Below, piece by piece: positions 50,083-59,945 of a stretch of 64,000 nucleotides of DNA. Location of the stretch: assembly GCA_964626665.1 (NCBI GenBank), contig CAZVGK010000003.1, forward strand, positions 110,535 to 174,534, given 5' to 3'. The notes under the pieces were generated by a model. That model was not told the DNA's origin and searched no databases. It saw nothing but the letters and a program-made list of their open reading frames with translations. A program made the translations under genes and the position numbers. Source of the DNA: an uncultured Gemmatimonadota bacterium. GTDB taxonomy: Bacteria; SM23-81; DAOVCL01. Numbering within the stretch: position 1 is the stretch's first letter; the number at the start of each line of letters is the position of its first letter.

Positions 50083-51153
50083 TTAGCTATACTCCTTGGC
50101 TTCCTCCTCCCCCCGCAGGACCCGCAAGGCCCCTAAGGCCAGGGCCTCCATCTCATCCTCCCCTGGATAGACAACAACCTGAGAGATAAAAGTTACCCTC
50201 TCCTTAATCAAATCAAGCAGAAGCTGAGAATGGGCCATACCTCCAGTGATGATAATCGCATCAACCCTCCCTTTCAAGACAGTGGCCATCGCCCCGATCT
50301 CCTTGGCTATCTGATAGGCCATCGCCTCTAAGCAAAGCTTTGCCCTGGAGTCCCCCCTCTCAATCCTCTGGGTTATCTCCTGTAGGTCATCAGTCCCCAA
50401 GTAGGCCAGAAGCCCACCTTTCTTAATCAGCTTGGCAATCAGCTCTGAAAGGGTATATCCTCCCTCGTAGCAGAGCTTGGCCAGGCCAGTCACCGGTAGG
50501 CTTCCGGTCCTCTGGGGGGAGAAAGGTCCTCCATCATTGGCATTGTTCACATCCACCATTTTTCCTTTAAGATGAGCGGTGACCGAAATCCCTCCCCCTA
50601 AGTGCACCACAATCAGGTTCAGCTCTTCATAGGGCTTTCCAATGGAACGGGAATACTTCTTAGCCACCATCTTTAAGTTGAGGGCATGGGAGAGACACTT
50701 CCGCTCCAGCTCAGGTAGGCCGGAGATGCGGGCCACCGGATCGAACTCATCCACGGATACCGGATCAACGATGAAGGCAGGCAAACCATGAGGTCTGGCA
50801 ATCTCATCGGCCAGGATCGCCCCGATATTGGAGATGTGTTCTGCCTGCACCTTCCCTTTTCTTATATCATCAAGCATCGGCTTATTCACCCTATAGGTGC
50901 CGCTGACCAATGGCCGGAAAGGCCCTCCCCTACCCACAACGACATCTAACTCCTCCGCATCTACCCTCTTCTCCGTAAGTAATTTAAGGATAACCTCCCT
51001 CCGGAAGCGGTGTTGATCCAGATAGGTAGCAAATCTGCTTAGCTCCTCCCCTGAGTGTCTGATGACCTCCACAAAGAGGGGATTTTCATCCTCATATAGG
51101 GCCACCTTGGTGGAAGTGGCACCAGGGTTTATCACCAATATCCGGTAGTTCAT
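50083..51153 (-). CDS. buk: Butyrate kinase
   Basis: INPGATSTK, GRGG, VDPVSVDE, HALN, HLGGGIS, YPGEDEM. Confidence 0.96.
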   Translation of the reverse strand: MNYRILVINPGATSTKVALYEDENPLFVEVIRHSGEELSRFATYLDQHRFRREVILKLLTEKRVDAEELDVVVGRGGPFRPLVSGTYRVNKPMLDDIRKGKVQAEHISNIGAILADEIARPHGLPAFIVDPVSVDEFDPVARISGLPELERKCLSHALNLKMVAKKYSRSIGKPYEELNLIVVHLGGGISVTAHLKGKMVDVNNANDGGPFSPQRTGSLPVTGLAKLCYEGGYTLSELIAKLIKKGGLLAYLGTDDLQEITQRIERGDSRAKLCLEAMAYQIAKEIGAMATVLKGRVDAIIITGGMAHSQLLLDLIKERVTFISQVVVYPGEDEMEALALGALRVLRGEEEAKEYS

Positions 51154-51189
51154 CTCTTGGCAAGGGATAGGTTGGGGGATCAGGGAAAA

Positions 51190-52929
51190 TCAAACCATAG
51201 AGGAGGACAATGCTTGCTCTCCCATTCCAAATTGCATATCCCTGGCTCGCAACTGTATCTTGGTCCTACCATTCCACACATCCTCGGCCAAGGAAAAAAC
51301 CATACTGAGATCTTTCCTTCCAGTCTCCAACGATCTTAATTGCTCACCTTGCTTAAATGCCAAGACTTCAAATATTTTCTCCCCAGATCTCACCTTAAAC
51401 TTTAGATGATTCTTCCCCACCACCCTGGGATAGCCTACTACCTCTAAGTTCCCACTCAAAAAAAGCGGTTGGGGGTTCTCTGGCCCAAAAGGTTCCATAT
51501 ACCTAAGGAGCTTGACCCATCTCTTATCGACCTGGGAGAGGTTGACCTCGGAATCGACCTTCAAGAGGGGGATCAGGTCATCCGGGGAAAGCAACCCATC
51601 GGTCAGTTTTAGGAACCTCTCTTTAAACCGGGGAAGGTTCTCCCTCCTCAAAGAGAGACCTCCCGCATAGCGGTGACCACCAAAGGAGAGAAGCAAATCC
51701 CCACATCTACTCAGGGCTTGAAACAGATGAAAACCCAGGATGCTCCTGGCTGAGCCCTTCCACTGATCTCCATCCCAGGCCAAAAGCACAGTGGGCCTCC
51801 CAAACTCTTCCACTAGCTTGGAAGCGACTATACCCAAAACCCCAGGGTGCCATCCCTCTGAGGCCAAAACCAAACCCTTCACCTGTGAAAGGTCATACTC
51901 CTTTTTAATCAGATCCCTGGCCTGTCCTAAGGTTTCTTCCTCAATCTTTCTCCTCTGATCATTGGCCTCCTCCAAGAACTGGGTCATCCTCTCCACCTCG
52001 TCCGCATCCTCCACGGTGAGGAGCCGCAAGGCCTTTTGGGCATCCCCCAACCTGCCGGCGGCATTTATTCTCGGGCCCAAAACAAAGCCAACATCATAGG
52101 TAGTTAGCCTACCCTTATGGGATAAGCCAGACCCGGCGATAAGGCCCATAAGCCCCTGTTTCCCGGTGTGGGCCAACATCTTGAGGCCTTGCTTAGCCAA
52201 GATCCTGTTCTCCAAAGTCAAGGGAACCATATCGGCCACTGTTCCCAGGGCGACCAGGTCCAAATGCTCCTGAAGGGGTTGATCATCTTCTCCCAACTTC
52301 CGATATATCCCCTGAGCCAGCTTGAAGGCCACCCCTACCCCCGCCAATTCCCCACCTATGTACGGTTCCTTGGACGCTTTTGGATCAATAACCACCAGAG
52401 CAGGGGGAAACTCCTCCTGGGGGTAATGATGATCGGTGACGATCACCTCAATCCCCAATTCCTTGGCTATCCTTACCTCTTGGGAAGCGGTAATCCCACA
52501 ATCGACGGTGATCAAGAGGCTTACCCCTCTCTCCTTGGCTGCCTGCACCCCCTCCAAGGAGAGGCCATAACCCTCTATCAGCCGATTGGGGATGTAGGTA
52601 GTAACATCCCCTCCCAATCCCTTAAGCACATAGGATAAGAGGGCAGTGGCAGTGAGCCCATCCACATCATAATCCCCAAAAACCATCATCCTCTCCCCGG
52701 CCTTAAGGGCAGAGCTAACCCTCTCCGCGGCTTCTTCCACTCCTTGGAGGAGGAAGGGATCTTCCAGATCAGACCACTGGGGTTTAAGATAGGCGCGGGC
52801 CTGCTCGATATTCTTCACCCCCCGGTTGAGCATCACTTGGGCGAGAGGGAGAGGAAAATCGAGCCTTTGAGAAAACCCCCTCACCTCCTCACCCCAGTGC
52901 TCCTTTATCAATTTCCAGCGGTATCTCAT
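51190..52929 (-). CDS. recJ: Single-stranded DNA exonuclease RecJ
   Basis: GDYDVDG, TVDCG, TDHH, GTVAD, PRINAAGR, GSARS, GGH. Confidence 0.96.
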   Translation of the reverse strand: MRYRWKLIKEHWGEEVRGFSQRLDFPLPLAQVMLNRGVKNIEQARAYLKPQWSDLEDPFLLQGVEEAAERVSSALKAGERMMVFGDYDVDGLTATALLSYVLKGLGGDVTTYIPNRLIEGYGLSLEGVQAAKERGVSLLITVDCGITASQEVRIAKELGIEVIVTDHHYPQEEFPPALVVIDPKASKEPYIGGELAGVGVAFKLAQGIYRKLGEDDQPLQEHLDLVALGTVADMVPLTLENRILAKQGLKMLAHTGKQGLMGLIAGSGLSHKGRLTTYDVGFVLGPRINAAGRLGDAQKALRLLTVEDADEVERMTQFLEEANDQRRKIEEETLGQARDLIKKEYDLSQVKGLVLASEGWHPGVLGIVASKLVEEFGRPTVLLAWDGDQWKGSARSILGFHLFQALSRCGDLLLSFGGHRYAGGLSLRRENLPRFKERFLKLTDGLLSPDDLIPLLKVDSEVNLSQVDKRWVKLLRYMEPFGPENPQPLFLSGNLEVVGYPRVVGKNHLKFKVRSGEKIFEVLAFKQGEQLRSLETGRKDLSMVFSLAEDVWNGRTKIQLRARDMQFGMGEQALSSSMV

Positions 52930-52939
52930 TAGCGGCATC

Positions 52940-52968
52940 ATTATAAGAAATAAGAGTGAAGAAATCAA
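52940..52968 (-). promoter_or_regulatory. Promoter giving a near-leaderless recJ transcript
   Basis: TTGATT-17-TATAAT ending 10 nt before ATG; no SD. Confidence 0.6.
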
Positions 52969-52986
52969 ATGGATTTTTAAATTTTT

Positions 52987-53022
52987 AAAAAAAAGGCCCT
53001 CGTAAAATACGAGGGCCTTTTT
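52987..53022. terminator. Bidirectional intrinsic terminator
   Basis: A8-GGCCCTCG-TAAAATA-CGAGGGCC-T5. Confidence 0.88.
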
Positions 53023-53041
53023 GCTAAAGGGGTTTAACTTC

Positions 53042-53911
53042 TTACCTCTTCACCCGGTAACTCATCCCCCAAGCCCGGGAGTCATAGGGAGCCTGATTGT
53101 CAAAGATCGTCCCGTGGTCGATGACATCTACCGCAGCATGCTTTGGCCACCTAAACCTCCAAGGATCGGTGGACGTTCTCCAGGAGCCCACATAGAGCCC
53201 ATCTTCTATGTGTTGAAAGGACAACCTTTTACAGTGGGTATGGAGAAAGACTATATCCTCTGGACTATCCGTTTCCACCTCTAAAGTAACAAGCTCACCA
53301 AGCTTGAAGGTGAATATATCCTCCTTGTCCATAAGGGCGGTCACATCGGTAATAGTGGTATCCACGCTTCCCAGGTCGGAGCTGATGTGGACGCTTCTGA
53401 TGACCTTAGTGCAAGGATTGGAGTTGATCTCTACTCCGGAGATCTTCTTCAGCTCCCACCCTCTACGATGACGGGGGTTCCGAGGCCTGCCTGTCTTCTC
53501 GAAATAAGCAAATCTAACCGCAGTATCGTCTATGAGTTTCAGGTAGGTGGAATCCATAGTTACAGTATGAAACTGACCAATAAAATTGGCAGTAACTGCA
53601 ACCTCTGCATAGGGAACTCCGCTATCCGGATGGACGATATGGATATCTATATCCTTGGTGACCTGATCGATCTCTCGGAAGAAGGAGACCGGTTCTATCC
53701 CCTCTAAAACCTTCCCCAGGGGATAGGCAGAGGAGTCAATCCTGACATCCCAGGTAAAATAGTCCGAATTGGACTTTATCAACCCCTCAATCTCCGCTCT
53801 CTCCGATATTTCCTCTTCAGGTCCCAGAGAGGTTCCCTTCTGACCGCAGCCCACCAAAACAAGGGACCCCAAAAATAACAACCCCACTAGGATGGTGCCT
53901 AAGTTTCTCAT
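53042..53911 (-). CDS. Putative lipoprotein
   Basis: SD AAGGAGG; MRNL..LVGC lipobox. Confidence 0.75.
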   Translation of the reverse strand: MRNLGTILVGLLFLGSLVLVGCGQKGTSLGPEEEISERAEIEGLIKSNSDYFTWDVRIDSSAYPLGKVLEGIEPVSFFREIDQVTKDIDIHIVHPDSGVPYAEVAVTANFIGQFHTVTMDSTYLKLIDDTAVRFAYFEKTGRPRNPRHRRGWELKKISGVEINSNPCTKVIRSVHISSDLGSVDTTITDVTALMDKEDIFTFKLGELVTLEVETDSPEDIVFLHTHCKRLSFQHIEDGLYVGSWRTSTDPWRFRWPKHAAVDVIDHGTIFDNQAPYDSRAWGMSYRVKR

Positions 53912-54224
53912 CTTTCCTCCTTTCCAAAGGTTTCCATCCTTCTCCCCTCTCGCATTATCACCTCCTTCTAACCGTTGGACACCGGAAGGAAGAAAAGGTT
54001 TAAAAAATAATTGGTAAAAATCTAACTCCACTCAATTCAAAGACATCCGCGGGCATTTTCGCCTACAGAAATCCACCTGAGGGAAAGACTTAGCGATATT
54101 TTGGCCCCCTTCTCGACTCTTTGCTACTGTTGGCTTCTTAGCAAAGAGAAGCTATCAAAACGGGGGCTTGCCTCCCTGAAGGATAAATGTGCCATCAGGG
54201 CTCTGCCCTACCAGAGCTATGCGC

Positions 54225-54565
54225 CTCCCTGTAACCTCCCGCAGGTTTGGAACCTGCAAGAGGTTTAGAGTTCAAGTCTGTCGCTCTCTACGGACTCTGA
54301 TAAATCGGAGTCTTTACAATAAAAAGCCCTTGGCGATCTGCGGCGTTACCCACGAATTTATAAATAGATCAAACCAAAGGTGGAGGGGCGAATTTTCGTA
54401 GGGGTCGGATTTATCCGACCCGTTTTGCGGGTTCGATAAACCTGTTCCTGACAGGTTCAGGAATCGAACCCCTAAACAAAATTTATAACCCCTTGACAAT
54501 CAAGGAGAAAAATGGAAATTCCTATACTTTTAAATTATTGGGCACGATAAATCGTGCCCCTACAT
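54225..54565. repeat. Cluster of REP-like hairpins (GTAG/CTAC-ended)
   Basis: GTAGGGGTCGGATTTATCCGACCCG; GGGCACGATAAATCGTGCCCCTAC; others. Confidence 0.8.
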
Positions 54566-54639
54566 TAAATCTGAACCTGCGGCAAGCTTAAGACTCCTTA
54601 TGCTTTGACGAGGAGACAACAATCAGAAGAAGCCATCCG

Positions 54640-55965
54640 TCATTGGTTTATGAACCTTTGCCAGCTGGGGTCACTTCTCTCCCCCTTGGCTGTAGAATGG
54701 ACTAAGGTATAACGGCCAAATCCCTCCAAATCCACGAATATAAAGTAGATCCCCCCATCTTTCACATAATAGCTCCATTTCTGCCAGGCTTTTTGGCCGC
54801 TTTCAAAGGGGGTTCTCTCAATCTGATCTGGCGGGCCATAAACAATGTAAACCCTTCCCATATCGGATTGCCATCCATCCTCCCGGCCAAAACTGCTGTA
54901 ATGGTCGACGGCATATTTCCAACGACGATAATATTCGATCTTGAATTCGTTCTGGGGAGTGGCAGGGTCCGGGTCCCTGAGCCGCCAAAACTCCCGCAGA
55001 AACTCCTGTTTACCTGTCAGGGAAAGGCCATCATAGGCTTTCAGCTCCTTATTAGTGGCCAGATAGGATATTTCATCCCTTCTCCTTTGGGCAACTTCCT
55101 CGGTAAATTCCTCCCTTACTCGCAGAGGGGAGAGAAGGAAGAACCCTTTGGAGACACTGGCCGAATCTGCGGTTACCTCATCTCTGAGCTGAAGCCGCAG
55201 AGCATACCCACCAGGCTTTAAACTTACCACATTTATCCCTCCAGTAAGCACGGCAGTTGAACCCGGTTTCTGGTGGAAAGTGGAGGGAAACTCCTTAACC
55301 AGCTTTCCCGCAGCATCATAGACGAAATAGCTTAAGCTATAATTGGTCGGGGATTGGGGGGAGAAACTCAAGTTATAGGCTTCCGTATAATAGTAAAGAA
55401 CCGGATAGTTGGGGCCGTAAGCTGATCTGGGATAGGGAAGGATCTTTAAGCCATTCTTGGAAAACCTGCTGGTGCTATCACCATTCTGGATGGAGTAAGC
55501 GAGCTCAATATCGCTCAACTGCAATTTCTTAGAAGGAAAATCCCTAACTTTCAGACTTTTTGTAACAGTCCCCTCCAATCCCGAGTTCCTATCCCGCAGG
55601 GTAAGAGAGTAAGAGTACTCCCCAGGCTTTAGCCACAACCTGATGAGGTCAAAGATGGTGGATGGTTCCTTCTCCTCGAATTCCGTGTTAACCTTTGTCC
55701 CGAAGGACCAATTTCTACTCCAGAGCGATCTCCCCCCACTATTCACCCCCGCGGAGACATCAAGAATGGCTAAATACCCATCCTTGCCTTTGACAAAGGT
55801 CAGTTCTTGACGAGGCAGGGAATAGTAAATCTCCACCTCGGTGAGACCACTCTCCCCCCGGTAAGAGGCATAATCGGTAAACAAACTAACACCCTCACCT
55901 CTGGCCCAGCCAAAGGGAACCAAGAGGAACAGCAGAAAGGCAAATTTAATCCTCAACCTAAACAT
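54640..55965 (-). CDS. GWxTD domain-containing exported protein
   Basis: FWRLRDPDP.TPQNE, GWQSDMGRVYIVYGPP. Confidence 0.9.
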   Translation of the reverse strand: MFRLRIKFAFLLFLLVPFGWARGEGVSLFTDYASYRGESGLTEVEIYYSLPRQELTFVKGKDGYLAILDVSAGVNSGGRSLWSRNWSFGTKVNTEFEEKEPSTIFDLIRLWLKPGEYSYSLTLRDRNSGLEGTVTKSLKVRDFPSKKLQLSDIELAYSIQNGDSTSRFSKNGLKILPYPRSAYGPNYPVLYYYTEAYNLSFSPQSPTNYSLSYFVYDAAGKLVKEFPSTFHQKPGSTAVLTGGINVVSLKPGGYALRLQLRDEVTADSASVSKGFFLLSPLRVREEFTEEVAQRRRDEISYLATNKELKAYDGLSLTGKQEFLREFWRLRDPDPATPQNEFKIEYYRRWKYAVDHYSSFGREDGWQSDMGRVYIVYGPPDQIERTPFESGQKAWQKWSYYVKDGGIYFIFVDLEGFGRYTLVHSTAKGERSDPSWQRFINQ

Positions 55966-55976
55966 CTCCTCTCCTT

Positions 55977-57284
55977 TCATCGATATCGGGGATAGAGCGG
56001 AGAAACGAGTTCATAGTCCCCGAACCCATGCCGGTCGACAAAGATGAAGGTAAGCTTCTTGTCGAGGTAATACCATATCTGATAGGAGGTAGTCTCAGTC
56101 TCAAAGGGATGTCTCTCCACCTCATCCGGCCGCCCATAGATGATGTAAACCCTTCCTCGGTCTGATCTCCAACCTCCTTCCATTCCACCAAAATGGGCAT
56201 TGCTATATCCCACCCGTCGATAGTATTCTTCCTCCAGCTCATTTTTAGGAGTCCCCGGGGTGGGGTCCCTCCTTCTCCAAAAATCTCTCAGGAGCTCTCT
56301 CCTCTTCCCTGAAGGTGATTTCTTCAGCCTCTTTAGCTCTTGCCGGGTGGCTATATATCTCAGTTGCTCCACGGCCGTGGGGTAATCCTTAGCCGAGGGA
56401 GCTGTGTCCTTCCAATGCATTTGAAATTCCTTCTGCAGCTTCTTCTCCCCGTAGAAAGGGGCCTTTAACCTCACCTCCACCTCATATGCCCCCGGTTCCA
56501 GATCCCCTATGGAGAACCTATGCACTCTCCGGGATGGATCCTCCCTTACCTCCATTTTCAAGGAATCAGAGGTTAAAATCGCTCCTTTCCTACCCCTTAT
56601 TTGATAAACCTCTGCAATCACGCTCCCTAAGGGAAGGCCATACATCTCATAGTATAAGAAGAGATGAGGCTCTTGATCATTAAAGATCCCCCCCGCATTG
56701 GGAACAATAACCCATTCCCCCCTTCTTAAGGGAAAGTAATCTCCCGCGGTGGAGACAGAATCAGCCAATACCAGATCACTAACAATCCAACCTGCGGTGT
56801 GGAAAGAGGGAATTACCACTTTTCCCTCCTGCTGAAGGGACTGGCGGGTGTTGAGATCCGTTAACTTGACTTCCATCCGATAGGAACCAGGACGAGCAAA
56901 TAGGCTCTTCTGCCCGGTAAGTAACTTATCTTCAAACTTGGTCTCCTCGTAGATCCTCACCTTTAAAGAGTCCCTCCATATTTGGCCATTAACCTGTCTT
57001 CCCTTACGATCATAGAGGATCAGCGAGATCTCATAGGAGGCCAAGAAACCGTCTCTTTTCTTTAGAAATTGCAGCTGCGGATACCCTATCCTGTAAAAGA
57101 AGAGGAGGTTGGAGAGGTGGACCCCTGCGGAGCGAAAGCTGGCGAAACCAACCGAAAATTTTGGCCCCTCGCCCCCTCGTTCTCCCAACTCCACCTGAGC
57201 CCGCAGGGGGACAGGCCACAGGTCAAAAAAGAGAAAAAAGAAGGACAAAAATAGGATTTGCCTCCCTCTACAAACCAATCTCAT
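55977..57284 (-). CDS. GWxTD domain-containing exported protein
   Basis: FWRRRDPTPGTPKNE, GWRSDRGRVYIIYGRP. Confidence 0.9.
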   Translation of the reverse strand: MRLVCRGRQILFLSFFFLFFDLWPVPLRAQVELGERGGEGPKFSVGFASFRSAGVHLSNLLFFYRIGYPQLQFLKKRDGFLASYEISLILYDRKGRQVNGQIWRDSLKVRIYEETKFEDKLLTGQKSLFARPGSYRMEVKLTDLNTRQSLQQEGKVVIPSFHTAGWIVSDLVLADSVSTAGDYFPLRRGEWVIVPNAGGIFNDQEPHLFLYYEMYGLPLGSVIAEVYQIRGRKGAILTSDSLKMEVREDPSRRVHRFSIGDLEPGAYEVEVRLKAPFYGEKKLQKEFQMHWKDTAPSAKDYPTAVEQLRYIATRQELKRLKKSPSGKRRELLRDFWRRRDPTPGTPKNELEEEYYRRVGYSNAHFGGMEGGWRSDRGRVYIIYGRPDEVERHPFETETTSYQIWYYLDKKLTFIFVDRHGFGDYELVSPLYPRYR

Positions 57285-57813
57285 CAGCTATTTCCCTCAT
57301 AGCCTGTAGGGCTATCTTTACAAATTCGGCAAGATCCAACCCGATCCTCTCACACTCCTTGATCTGTTCCCTGTTCGCCCCGGCAGCAAACCTCTTCTCC
57401 TTAAACCTCTTAAGGACGAAACCCTCGTCCATTCCCTGCAGGCTTCGGGAAGGATGCATCAGGGCCGCGGCAACGATGAGTCCGGTAAGCGGATCCACCG
57501 CATACAGGGCCCAGTCCATCTTAGATTGAGGAGGAATGTGGCCTGAGTGCGACCTAACGGCTTGAATGACCTGTTGATCCACCCCCAAATCCTCTAACCA
57601 TTCCGCCCCCAAAAGCCCATGTTTGCCGGGATCAGCGACTGTCTGATCATAATCCACATCATGGAGCAACCCGGCCAGACCCCAGAGATCTTCATCTTCT
57701 TTTAAACTCTTGGCCAAAGCTCGCATCACCGTCTCTGTAGCCAACATATGTTTGATCAGGCGGTCATTTTTGACCTTGGACTTAATTAGATTTAATGCTT
57801 CCTCGTGGTCCAA
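57268..57813 (-). CDS. HD/HDIG domain phosphohydrolase
   Basis: KHMLATE, LLHDVDY, FKEKRFAAGANRE. Confidence 0.9.
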   Translation of the reverse strand: MDHEEALNLIKSKVKNDRLIKHMLATETVMRALAKSLKEDEDLWGLAGLLHDVDYDQTVADPGKHGLLGAEWLEDLGVDQQVIQAVRSHSGHIPPQSKMDWALYAVDPLTGLIVAAALMHPSRSLQGMDEGFVLKRFKEKRFAAGANREQIKECERIGLDLAEFVKIALQAMREIADEIGL

Positions 57814-57840
57814 ACCATCTCCATTTTAGTCCCCGAGAAC

Positions 57841-57939
57841 AATTTATATCCTCCTCTTCAGGATGTCAAGACCTCTTTTTCGAGGTAGAATAAAAAAAAT
57901 TAAAAAATAACTTGACAATGTTAATTTTTTTGTTATCTT
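57841..57939. promoter_or_regulatory. Divergent sigma70-type promoters
   Basis: Minus TTGACA-17-TAAATT (57869-57841); plus TTGACA-16-TATCTT (57912-57939). Confidence 0.65.
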
Positions 57940-57985
57940 ATTTAATGAATCTGGGATTAAAAGTAAATTTTATTTAGGTGAAACT

Positions 57986-58363
57986 ATGAAAAAGAAAGTT
58001 TTAGGTCAATGCCCAGTCTGTGGGGGGCCTCTCTTGGCCACGGAGCTGACCTGTGAACAATGTGGGACAAAGATCGTCGGCAAATTCCAGGTGAGCGAGT
58101 TCCAGAATCTATCTGCTGATCAAATGAGCTTTGTAAAAACTTTCCTCAAGTGTCGCGGCAACATAAAGGAGATAGAAAGGGAGCTGGGGATTTCCTATCC
58201 CACCGTGAAGAACAGGTTGAACCAGGTAATAGAAGCTTTAGGGCTTGAGCCAGTCCAGGAGGGTCCGACCAAAGAAGAGAGGTTGGAGATCCTCAAAAGG
58301 CTGGAGGGGAAAGAGATCAGCTTCCCAGAGGCCTTGGATCTTCTGGCCCAAGGACGAAAATGA
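57986..58363 (+). CDS. DUF2089 family Zn-ribbon/HTH protein
   Basis: CPVC..CEQC, GNIKEIERELGISYPTV. Confidence 0.9.
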   Translation: MKKKVLGQCPVCGGPLLATELTCEQCGTKIVGKFQVSEFQNLSADQMSFVKTFLKCRGNIKEIERELGISYPTVKNRLNQVIEALGLEPVQEGPTKEERLEILKRLEGKEISFPEALDLLAQGRK

Positions 58364-58376
58364 AAGAAAGGAGGCA

Positions 58377-59234
58377 ATGATGCCCAACAAGTCCTTCCAA
58401 AAGGAGATTGAACTGACCGATAATCAGTCCCTGGTTATCAAAAACCTAAACGGTCCCATTGAGCTGATTGCCTGTCAGGGGAATACCCTGCACATCGAGG
58501 CCAAGATAAGTTCAGATAACCAGAAAGTGGTCGATGAGACGGATGTGGTAGTGGAGCAAACCCCTGATCAGGTAACCATTAGAGTTGAACCCACTGGCTC
58601 AAAGAGGTTTTGGGGATGGAAATCTGAAAAGAAGTCGGCTCGGGTAGAATTTTTCATCAAGGCTCCCCAATGGGTTCCCCTCAGCGCCAAAAACCTCAAT
58701 GGGGATATAAAATCCTGGGGATTTGATCATTTGAGCGAACTCAAGACTATGAATGGGGGGCTGGAAATAGAAGGATGTTCAGGGAATCCCATTTTAAAAG
58801 CGATGAACGGCCAGGTAGTAACCCACTCCTGTTCCTTCGGAGGACTGGAGGCCAAGACAATGAATGGACCCATAGCTGTGGAGACAACAATTAGCCCGCA
58901 GGGGGACTACCACCTGAAAAGTATGCAGGGGGAGATTAAATTCCTCATCCCTCAAGGCACAAATGCATCCATTGAGGCGAAGAGCTTGCACGGGGAGATC
59001 GATTGTCAACTCCCCCTAAAGGGACTGCAGCGAGGCAGAAACAAACTAAAGGGGATTTTGGGGGAGGGTGGGGCTCGGGTAGGATTAAAGGGTATGAACG
59101 GGAGGATAACCCTTGCCCAGCTCGCCGATAGCGACAATTCAGGGTCGGAAACTGAGCTCATCGCCAGGATGTTAAAAGAGGGGAGGATAACCCAGGATGA
59201 GGCATCCAAATTGAGAGAGGCCATTTATGGCTGA
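58377..59234 (+). CDS. DUF4097 beta-strand repeat protein with SHOCT-like tail
   Basis: KxxNGxI repeats; ML.EGRITQDEA; SD AAGGAGG. Confidence 0.85.
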   Translation: MMPNKSFQKEIELTDNQSLVIKNLNGPIELIACQGNTLHIEAKISSDNQKVVDETDVVVEQTPDQVTIRVEPTGSKRFWGWKSEKKSARVEFFIKAPQWVPLSAKNLNGDIKSWGFDHLSELKTMNGGLEIEGCSGNPILKAMNGQVVTHSCSFGGLEAKTMNGPIAVETTISPQGDYHLKSMQGEIKFLIPQGTNASIEAKSLHGEIDCQLPLKGLQRGRNKLKGILGEGGARVGLKGMNGRITLAQLADSDNSGSETELIARMLKEGRITQDEASKLREAIYG

Positions 59235-59271
59235 GAAAGCTTGCCTCATTGAACCATAAAGGAGGATAAAG

Positions 59272-59625
59272 ATGGAAGAGGAGAAGATGAGGGTATTGCA
59301 GATGATTGAAGAGGGGAAGATAAACGCTGAGGAAGGGGCAAAGCTTCTGCAGACCATTGAGGAACCAGCCAAAAAGGAAGAAGGGAAAAGGGTTCTGAGG
59401 ATAAGGGTCTATGAGGGGAACTTAGAGAAGCCCAAGGTCAATGTGAACATTCCTCTTGGGCTGATAAAGCTTGCTACCCACTTTGTGCCTGAATCCACCA
59501 GGGCCAAGATGAAGGAGAAGGAGATAGACCTGGACCAGATCGCCCAGCTAATAGAATCAGGGGCTAAGGGCAAGTTGGTAGATGTGGAGGAGGAGGGCGA
59601 AAGGGTAGAGATCTTCTTAGAGTAG
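59272..59625 (+). CDS. SHOCT-like domain protein
   Basis: RVLQMIEEGKINAEEG..LL; LRIRV..VNVNIP. Confidence 0.85.
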   Translation: MEEEKMRVLQMIEEGKINAEEGAKLLQTIEEPAKKEEGKRVLRIRVYEGNLEKPKVNVNIPLGLIKLATHFVPESTRAKMKEKEIDLDQIAQLIESGAKGKLVDVEEEGERVEIFLE

Positions 59626-59666
59626 GATCTTGTCCTAAGGCAAAATTTTTTTCCTCCCCGAGCAAG

Positions 59667-59736
59667 ATGAGGTGGCAGAATCCCGCTTCTGCCACCTCTC
59701 ACGCTTTTGTAGGGGCGTAAGGCCTTACGCCCCTAC
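59667..59736. repeat. GTGGCAGAA palindrome and GTAG REP-like hairpin
   Basis: GTAGGGGCGTAAGGCCTTACGCCCCTAC. Confidence 0.85.
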
Positions 59737-59945
59737 AACTGCAGGTTTGGGATTCCATGTCTAACAGGGATCTTTCCGGGATAGCACCATCAATTGGGGG
59801 GAAAGTGAACATTCCTCCCTGTCCTCTTCACCATTTTGTGCCTCAGTGGCCAATTTCTCGTCCAAAAACCTTTCTTATGAAAAATCCACCTTGACATTTC
59901 ACCGACAAGATAGTAACTCTACAAAAACGGATAAGGGGAAATTTA

